Shown here: positions 55,549 through 64,000 of the stretch, one piece after another | How positions within the stretch are numbered: position 1 is the first letter of the stretch | Layout: each line of letters begins with the position of its first letter | NCBI GenBank assembly: GCA_905178155.1 | Contig: CAJINV010000006.1 | Span: forward strand, 4,030,130-4,094,129 | Source: Amoebophrya sp. A120 | Lineage: Eukaryota; Protista; Dinoflagellata | DNA: 64,000 bases | Direction: 5' to 3' | The notes under the pieces: model-generated | Databases searched by the model: none | Seen by the model: only the letters and a program-made list of their open reading frames with translations | Told to the model about the DNA's origin: nothing | Translations under genes and position numbers: made by a program

Positions 55549-58041
55549 CTAATTTTTGAAAAATTTCTCGCCCTCGTCGTCGTCAGCTGCATGGTGATCG
55601 ATGAAACCATCTTCGTCCGCGGGTTGGACTTTCCCCTTGTTGCGCGAGAACGAGCTCTGGGGGCCCTTCGCGACGACCTTCTTGTCCTTCTTCTGCGCAA
55701 GCACAGCATATCGAAAGGAAAAATCCCCTCTCCCCATATTGACAAGGTACGTTTTCGAAAATTTGTGTTGCTGATTTGTGACCACAAATCGTCCCTGTGT
55801 TGCATGAAGGCAACTCCAGAGCCTCCGCCGCATTCTCCGGGCGGTTTGTCATGCTCATGTTCCTACAGCGTAGACGTCTGTCATGCTAAGCGCCTAGGCC
55901 AAAACTTTTCTTCTCAGGCTTGATATGAGCCTGCAGTCCTTGCCCAGCAAGACAAATCGGATTTGTGTACGCAAATCCAGCATCAGAAACTTCGTTTTGA
56001 TATGGGGAGGGGCGATTTTTCATTCTGATACAGCAGCGGGATGCTTTTTGCGGTGGTGTACGTCTCCTTCTTCTTCCTCCACGAACTCGTCATCGTTGTA
56101 GAAGTAGTACCCGTATCCTGTGCAAAAGCGTCAAAAACGCACTAGTGATTGCAATATTTTTGCATGCCAAATCTCGTTCCCTAGATAAAATGGCACGACA
56201 AGCTCCGGAATTTGTTTTCGAAAAAATTTGTGTATGCATTTGAAACTAGCGCTCGACGCTTTTGCAATGCATAACCCGCCTCTGTTGTAGTCGTAGGTCT
56301 TGAATCCGTGCGCCCGGGCCGGGTCGTAGTAGGTATCCGAGTGGGTGATCGGATCGAAGTCGTCGTTGCCCACCCCGTATCAAATGCAAATGTGTCTGGA
56401 TGTCTGGAAACTTGTGATGCTGGTTGCCGGATCAAGAGAACGCCACAAATGACGGCTCAGCATGACAGGTTTTTGAGCTAATATGCTGGTTATTGTCCAC
56501 TCTGCATGAGAAACTGGGTTCTTTTGCACGACAGAAAAATGCAAAAAAGGCGCTTTAATATTTGGGTACCTTGCATGACAGGCTTGACAGTCATACAAGC
56601 AGAGCATGACAAACCTGGCATTTTGTTTCCAGACCCAGAGGACATATTTGCAATGCATACCTCGTAGTTCCCGTCACCCCAAGGCGAAGGACCTTCGCGT
56701 GAGGCCCCCGCAACTATCGGAGCACCGATGACATGCGCCGAATCGCCGCCCCAGATGAGCTATGGATTGCAGAAGTATCGCACTCGTATAAATGCATTAC
56801 CTCAGCATGAGAAATAAAATTTGTAAAAAAAAAAATGCTGATTCACCTATTATAAGTAATGCATGACTGCAATACGAGTACGATACTTTTGCACAGGATA
56901 TGAACTGTTGGTCAGCGGGTGTCCAGCAGCAGACTGGGTACAGGCACCCGCAGCCAGGTAACAGGCAGTTCAGCACGATCACACACAGAATGTCGACGAC
57001 GCTGCTACACCCCTGCCAGGCGTAGATCGCATGCAGCGGAAACCAGCAGTGGCAGCAGCATATGACAGTGCACAACTCCCCCTCCCCCTCATTTGTGTTG
57101 CACGAACAGCAACAGAAGCATCAGCAAGAATGCCGGTTCTGCATGAAAAATTTGCACTGGAGTGTAGCGCTATTTGGGCTACCACGACAACTTGTCATGC
57201 ATAATAGTGACAGGAGGGAAAGGGTGGATCGGGTATTCTGCATGAGAAATGAGAACGAGGGGGAGTTGTGCACTGTCATACAGCAGTCCAGGGGGTGACA
57301 ACGGCAGCAATAGACTTTCCGCTCTTTTTTCGCGTCGACGGGGTGAAACCGCTTCTGCGTCCTATGAGAGTGCACAACTCCCCCTCCCCCTCATTTGTCA
57401 TTCAATTTCCCAAATCCAGGCTCTGCCTCTTCTTAGAGGCACTGTCTGCATGACAAATTCTGGCATCCCAAATGGCACTACACTCCACTGTAAGTTTGTC
57501 ATGCGAAACCGGCATTCTACTTGCTGATGCATTTACTTCTGCCGTTCATGCTATACAAATGAGGCGGGGGGAGTTGTGCCTTGTCATACGTCCCCTTTGG
57601 CTGCCACAGTAACGCAAACAGGCAGCGACACGGACACCCAAGGGTATCGCACAGACAGGCCAACCACAAGTTGCTGCTGAACCCCTCCCACGCGAAGACC
57701 GCCAGGAGCGGGCAGCAGCATCGGCAGAGCAAGCTTATGAAATGCAAAAGTGTCTGGGTCTGGAAGGTTGGAACTTGTGATGCTAACTTTGGACTTGAAA
57801 AAGATCTGTATTGCATGACCAGCAAGAGGAGTCTAGTTTGTGCTACGCGGCGGGGAGGGCATTTGTCATGCGGAGTAGGCATCAGGAAGCCGTCTAAAAA
57901 TCTGTGATGCTAGGTCGTGCATTACGGACATTCTGGGTCATGCAAAATATGCATGACAAACCCGGCAACATTCCAGACCCAGACATTTTTGCATTTGATA
58001 CAGCTGGTCGGCTTGCAACAAGCATCTTGTTGGCGGGGCAT
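55549..58041 (-). CDS. Cys-rich membrane protein with two Pmp3/UPF0057-like hairpins (paralogue B)
   Basis: MPRQQDACCKPTS...CCPLLAVFAWEG...CWFPLHAIYAWQGC...NKGKVQPAD...EKFFKN*; frame restored across 7 elements; collinear with paralogue A. Confidence 0.65.
55709..56030. mobile_element. Introner family F
   Basis: TSD CAGCA. Confidence 0.9.
56114..56273. mobile_element. Introner family B variant
   Basis: TSD ACCCG. Confidence 0.85.
56378..56659. mobile_element. Introner family A
   Basis: TSD CCCCG/CCTCG. Confidence 0.88.
56761..56900. mobile_element. Introner family B
   Basis: TSD TGAGC/TGAAC. Confidence 0.88.
57061..57280. mobile_element. Introner family E
   Basis: TSD CAGCA; long near-perfect TIR. 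Confidence 0.9.
57363..57588. mobile_element. Introner family E
   Basis: TSD CGTCC. Confidence 0.9.
57736..58000. mobile_element. Introner family A
   Basis: TSD AAGCT/CAGCT. Confidence 0.88.
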
Positions 58042-59746
58042 GGTTGTCGCGATTGGTTCTTCGGGTGGAGATTACTTATCAATTTTTTCTTGTTCGATGT
58101 ACAACAAAGAGTAGAGCGGGTCAACAACTTTTTGTACAGTCCTTGTATTAAAACACCAGCACGACCTCAGTAGAGAGTGCCTTTTTTGCAATACTGTTCA
58201 ATTGAACAGGATCAATAAAAACTTCGATTGTGGGTGAGTGCCAGCACGAGTTTTTGTCCTTGCTACGTTGTTGATGGTGAATCGGTTTATTGTTGAGTCG
58301 TAGGTACACCAATTATGCGATCACTTGCGCCCACTACTCTATACATCATATAGGGCCGCCCACGACCCGTACATTTCTTGCGATGACACACGATGACGTC
58401 GATTACGACGACTTGTATAAGCGATTCGTATTCAGCAGATGAAGTGTGCTTTTTGTCATCTTTCTGATACCGCACACGTGGTTCTTATCTATTTACGACT
58501 AGAGCTTTCATCCACGACCCCGGTCAACCGAGCAGGAACGAAGATCGTGTTGAAATAACAAATTGGTACTTACAACACAAGATGATCCTTGGAAGTAGAA
58601 AAGTTCAGACGAAAGCAGTTCTGGACCTGCTTACACGACCACATTTTGAATGAGAATGATCATCGCGATGCATGATGGCATCGAGAGAACGAAGCGAAGG
58701 GGAAGTGGAACATGCGCGAAGCCACGCAAACACGGAAAGTTTACGTAAAGATGAAACCGGGTGGATATAATTACTTCTGCTCTCGTACTTGTTAATACTT
58801 GTTAAATATTGTACACAAATCGAGTGATCGCAACAAATCAGTACGGGTATAACCCTGCACCAGGGTTGCGACTGCGACACGACCAAATCAGCAAATGAAT
58901 AATTTACAATCGTATAGAAATCCTGAGTTAATTTTGTACAAAACGAATCGAATTTGTAGCAGCCAGATGTACACATGAAAATCCAAATCCAAAATAATTT
59001 CTGCGTATGCTTGCAAACTAAGCCTACCTGTCGTTTGAAATTCAATTTTCAGTCGTCGAATGCGCATCAAATTCATGAAAAGTCTTTTCTTCGAAATACG
59101 GCTACTTAGCTTCCTTTCTCTTCTACATGACGAGTTCCATTCACAGAGCTTATTGCCAAAGTAGTTAATGATCTTCATACTTTCATTCATTTCCATCATC
59201 TCTCCTGTTCTTTTCCACCAGTGAGTACTTCGTGCGTTTTTTACACCGTGTAGGTGCTTGGTGGTCGCGGCGGCAAGAGCGTCTCATCCTCATCGCTCTC
59301 CGCGATCGGCTCGATCTTTATGCCAGTGGAGAGAACCACGACTTTCCACCCTCGTAAGAAGTACTTCTCATTTGTAGTCATGCGGAAGGCCAAAGAACTC
59401 ATGTCTTGCTCTTGCTTCTTTTATATTGCATGACAAGTTGTTCATCATGAAACCGATAGATACCTATCTGGAATTTCGCTGTGAAATTTGTCATGCTTTT
59501 CTGTTGCAACTCTGCGAATGAGAACAACGAGGGGGGAAGCTGCTACTTGCAGTCATCTCCACTTTCGTACTTTTGCCCGTGTCTCGGGAGCCTCTCGCCC
59601 CGGGAATTCTTGACCTTCTGGAACCAAAGTGACCAGTAGTCGAGCTAGTTGTAGAGGCGGCTCCCCTGGTGCTCCGTCCTGACACTTCTTCTTCCTCCGC
59701 CTCTGGGCCGAGTTCTGCGCCCGGCACTGGCCGTAACCCGCAACAC

Positions 59747-60013
59747 TATCCAAGAAAAATAAATAATGTGTTAGTTCGCATTAAAAAATTTCAAGCCTCC
59801 CAGTACACTTCTCTTGTCACGCTCGATAATGATATGCTTATGCATCTTCATAGCAGGCTACTATTTATTCGTCCATTTGTGGTTTCATCTTCACACGCAG
59901 CTACCGAGACAAAATTTTTTGATTTGTCTGTCATGCGAGACATGTGAGGATGCTGTAGTTCATAATCCAGAAACAAGGCTAATAGTCTAACACAGTTTTT
60001 TTCCACCTGGATA
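59747..60013. mobile_element. Degenerate D-like introner (suggests an unresolved gene at ~59.2-60.1 kb)
   Basis: TATCCAAG...CCTGGATA; TSD AACAC/AGCAT. Confidence 0.6.
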
Positions 60014-60309
60014 AGCATCCGTAGTGTCGCAGCAGCGGGCTAGAATTATTGGGAAATTGAAAATTCGTATAATTTTTTTCAAATTGATGAATCTTCATCT
60101 TTCTTTGGAAAGGTGGAAGGAAGAGGAATCAAAATCGAAAAACCAAACGACGCACACGAAAATTATCGAATAAAAATTTGCCGCTCTACTTCGACGTTCG
60201 TGCTACAACATCATCGAACCCAGGAGCTAGTGCCATCTTTATCTCTTAGTTTTAGCACCTAATGGCTGCTATAAAAATTCCAGCTACTGAGTTGTACTAA
60301 TATAGCAAC

Positions 60310-62920
60310 TTACACGATCCCGCCCGATGATGCATGGCCGGAGATGTAGCGCGCGTCGCTCACCCCGTCGTCGCTGGCCTCTTCCAGCGTCCACCGCCCA
60401 TAGGCCGCTGCCGGGATGCCGAGAAAAAAGAGCAGGAAGCAGCGCGAAAACAGGCACCAGGTATCCATGTAGTAGAACGGAGCCGAGTTGGTGAACGCCT
60501 TCATGGTCAGCAAAGTCTTCATTCCCTGCCGCGCCGCTGAAGAGGTCCATCAAATGCAAAAATGTCTGGGTCTGGAAACTTGTGATGCTGGGTGGCGTAT
60601 CATGAGGAGGCCACAAGTGCTGGCTCAGCATGACAAGTTTCTGAGCTTCTAGGTGTTGCCTACTCTGCATGACAGACTGCGTTTCTGCATGACAGAAAAA
60701 TGGGGCTCTTGGGTAACGTGCGTGACAGATTTAAGAATCATGCCAGACAAGCATGACAAACATGCACTCTTCCAGACCCAGACACTTTTGCATTTGATAA
60801 GGTCATGAATACGGCTACAACCTGCAGGAGAAGGAGGAAGAAGAGCGCTAGAATTTAGAAAGAAAAAACTGCTTTAATGTGACAACTTCTTTGCAAGTTA
60901 TGCAATACAAGTTCGTATTGTCGTGACACATAGTTGCCATGCGTGCTTCCTAAGGCTAAAGGAATAAATTACGGCTACAAATCCACGGTCTTGCATGTGT
61001 GGCATGACAAACACGTCTGCGATGCATTTTCTGCATGACAAGTTTACAGTGAAACAGTTTTTGCTCGCGATATGGAAATGCGCTGTGTTTCACGCTGATC
61101 ACTTTTGCGAAGCAGACCAGGTACAGCATGCCGAAAGCAACCAGGGTGGAGAGGAAGCCGTTGCACTGTGCCTGAATGTATCAAATGTAAAAACGTCTGG
61201 GTCTGGACACTTGTAATGCTGCGTTGGGAATAGTGAATGCTCTGTGATGCACAGCCAAGCATGAGAAGTATCTGCGCTTCTTTCTCTTTGTGTTGCGTTT
61301 TTCGCATGACAAACTGCGTTTTTGCATGACAGGCAAGAAAAGGGTCTCTTCTTGGACACGCATCACAAACTTTTCGGTCATGCCAGACAAGCATGACAAA
61401 TCTCGCATTCTTCCAGACCCAGACATTTTTACATTTGATAGAATGGGGCCCATTGGAGCGGGACTTTTCATCACCGCCGCCTCCCCATGTGGTCCTTGCG
61501 GCCGCTCGTCTCCTATCAAATGCAAATATGTCTGGCTCTGGAAGATTGCCAGGTTTGTCATGCATATTTTGCATGACCCGTGCAGTCTGTGATGCGTGCA
61601 CGAGCATCACAGATTTTTAGAGTGCTTCCTAATGCCTATTCCGCATGAGAAATCCCCTCTCCGCGTAGCCCAGTCCTCTTGCTGGTCAAGCAATTATACA
61701 ATTTTTTTTTGAATCCAGAGACAGCATCACAAGTTTAGAATCTTCCAGACCCAGACACTTTTGCATTTGATATCTCCACCCTCGGGGGTTGTCGTTGTCC
61801 CGTCGCGCTCGGCCTCCGCTTTCGCGTCGGCGCTTTTCACAAACTGCAGCTTCTCGCCATATCCTGAGGAAAAACGTCCCAACCCCAGAGCTGTAATGCA
61901 AATCTACATGCTTAAATTGCTTCTCATGCGGAGACACATGAGAGGCGTTTTCTAGTGGCGATTGGAGATTTGTCATGCTCGAATCAGCGTCACAGACTGG
62001 GTCTGTAATGCCGCTGCACTAGCTAAACACGACTACACTGCGAGCCCAAATTTGTCATGCGCGATAGCGAAAGCTTAGGGATTTGTCTAGCAGATTTCTC
62101 ATCTTGACTATGGGGGGGGACGTTTTTACTCAGGATACGCCATCCGATGTGATCACCTTTCTCGGTAACAACACCGTCGCATATCCAAGGAAAAAACTGT
62201 GTTAGTAGGAGGAATAGCATCACAAGTTTGCTCTGCATGACAGAGAGAGCCTGTCATGCGCGGCTAGTACTACGTGAAAACACGTACGGAATTATATATA
62301 AAGAGGCTCTGACGCATGTGTCTAGCATGACAAGTGTAAACTGTTTTGCATTTTCTGCATCACAGACTTGCACTTACACAGTTTTTTTCTTGCATATCGC
62401 AGCCTGACCGTGCAGTGCTTTGGCCTCGTGCTCCCTCGTGAATCCGAATTGCAGATAGAGGACCGCAAACGTGACCTCGCAGGGGATAAAAACCAGCAGG
62501 AGACCGAGCAGCACAATGAGCATCGCCCGTCTGTGTCCGCTGGTTGCCGTCACCGACGCCGCTCTCGTCCGGGCCGCTATCAAATGCAAATATCCCTGGA
62601 TGTCTGGAAACTTGTGATGCTGGCTTGGCAATGGTGGACACACTGCGATACGAAGCCAAGCATGGCAAGTTCTTGAGCTGCTATAAATGTGTTGCGACTT
62701 CTGCACGGCAAACTGCGCTTTTGCATGACAGGCAGGCGACTCTCATCCTGCTCATGCATCACAGGGTGAGAAGTCATGAGAGACAAGCATGACAAACTTC
62801 CATTCTTCCAGACCCAGATCGATATTTGCAATGCATAGCCGCCTCCACCTGCTGAAACGCTTGAGACGCCTTCTTGGCGGCGGTTAGCCGCGAACTCGGG
62901 TCGTCGGCAGTCGCGTCCAT
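60310..62920 (-). CDS. Hypothetical multi-pass membrane protein
   Basis: MDATADDPSS...MLIVLLGLLLVFIPCEVTFAVLYL...TLVAFGMLYLVCF...ALFFLLLLQVVAVF...; frame restored across 7 elements into ORF 60310..60522. Confidence 0.55.
60548..60799. mobile_element. Introner family A
   Basis: TSD AGGTC. Confidence 0.9.
60854..61072. mobile_element. Introner family G, degenerate
   Basis: TSD TAGAA/TGGAA. Confidence 0.78.
61179..61440. mobile_element. Introner family A
   Basis: TSD GAATG. Confidence 0.9.
61514..61772. mobile_element. Introner family A
   Basis: TSD TCTCC. Confidence 0.9.
61860..62137. mobile_element. Introner family C
   Basis: TSD CGCCA. Confidence 0.9.
62182..62396. mobile_element. Introner family D
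   Basis: TSD TCGCA. Confidence 0.9.
62578..62837. mobile_element. Introner family A
   Basis: TSD GCCGC. Confidence 0.9.
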
Positions 62921-64000
62921 TGTGTTGAAGATGTTCTATCAATTTCTTTTGCGACGTGTAGTATTCACAATGATCAGGTGAATTTTTATCGTAAGGTTCG
63001 TCGTGTAGAAAGCAAGATGAGGTGGCACCTTGATTTTTGGCGTACAACTTCGAAGATACTGTCGTCTTCCGTAATACAAGAACAACCTCCGAGGTCGTAA
63101 AGCAAACACTATAACACACACCTCCCCGCCTACGGAGGTGTTTCTAGTCTGTTACCAGCCAAACAAACTATAACTACCTTTGTACAACGGGACGGAACAA
63201 CATTCATGTAGAGACGAGGACGGATGCGTAGTACTTTGCACCACAACATATTATCAAATATCTATGTTGAAGAGCGACGAGTGGGCTCAGACTCGATGTT
63301 GGTGACTACGACAGAGATCGAACGGGCAACGAAAGGTAGCCGCAGTAGAGCTCGTGCGGAACGAAGATGCGAAAGTGGAGCTGTGTTCCCTTCCTTCGCG
63401 GAAGCCCAACATCACGACACTGTACAGATACAAAACTGCTTCTGATGGCGACAGATGTGATGGGTACATATCAGATCACACTGTACAGATACGACGTAGC
63501 CCCATAGATTTATAGTTTTGCAACGACCACGAATAGTACTACATTCACGACCAAGAGATCGAGAAACGAAATCGAAAAGCGAATTTCCGACCTCCCACGA
63601 CGATCGTACGTTCTCCTAGAAGATTATAGGTTTTCACGCTAATTCTTGCCCGGCCTGTCCTTTAGCTCAGATCTCATCTTCATCGAAGCTTGCAAATTGA
63701 AATTCGCTCACGAAACACATATGATGTGAATAAGAATACCTCGCAAAAATAAAGGCAAATCAAAAAGAAAAAATCTTTTATTGTTCCTCGTTTCAAGAAA
63801 CTTCTACCCTGGTACCGGTCCTCACCAGACCGTCCGGTAAAGCAGAATTCCTCTGCGACAAAAGTTCTTCGAAGTAGATGTGGCCCGAAGAGAAAATAGA
63901 CCACAGCGAATTTTTGCCTAAATAACCACTTTTGCAAAAAAGTAAATCTGGAGGGGGTAAGTATCATTTTCTTGTCTTCCGCTCGAAGATCAGAATCGCA

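Noticed and set aside
62580-63119. ORF 62580..63119 as first exon of the last gene
   Set aside because: The alternative frame from ATG 62920 is the one that continues into the hydrophobic downstream exons.

Overview
Eukaryotic (alveolate-type) genomic DNA, most consistent with the parasitic dinoflagellate relative Amoebophrya; this is an inference from architecture, not a database match. All ~12 genes I could reconstruct lie on the minus strand. They are interrupted by ~88 short (140-360 bp) non-autonomous elements of ~10 families, each starting TAT and ending ATA, with terminal inverted repeats (TIRs) and a 5-bp target-site duplication (TSD). Removing each element plus one TSD copy by hand restores the reading frame, so they behave as non-GT-AG 'introner' introns. 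All families, and most of the few GT-AG introns, share a repeated internal TGT(C/G/A)ATGC motif, and 9 of 10 GT-AG introns start GTAT, like an element end. Spliced genes: a giant (>3,700 aa, runs off the left edge) three-repeat 6TM cation-channel-like protein with an IQ motif, a DUF3431-like protein sharing its promoter and N-terminus, GPN2, a CDPK, two Cys-rich Pmp3-like paralogues and several hypothetical or membrane proteins. No transposase, rRNA, tRNA or CRISPR array was recognised. Most ORFs in the supplied track are exon fragments or translations of the repeats. All gene models are manual and lack RNA support.
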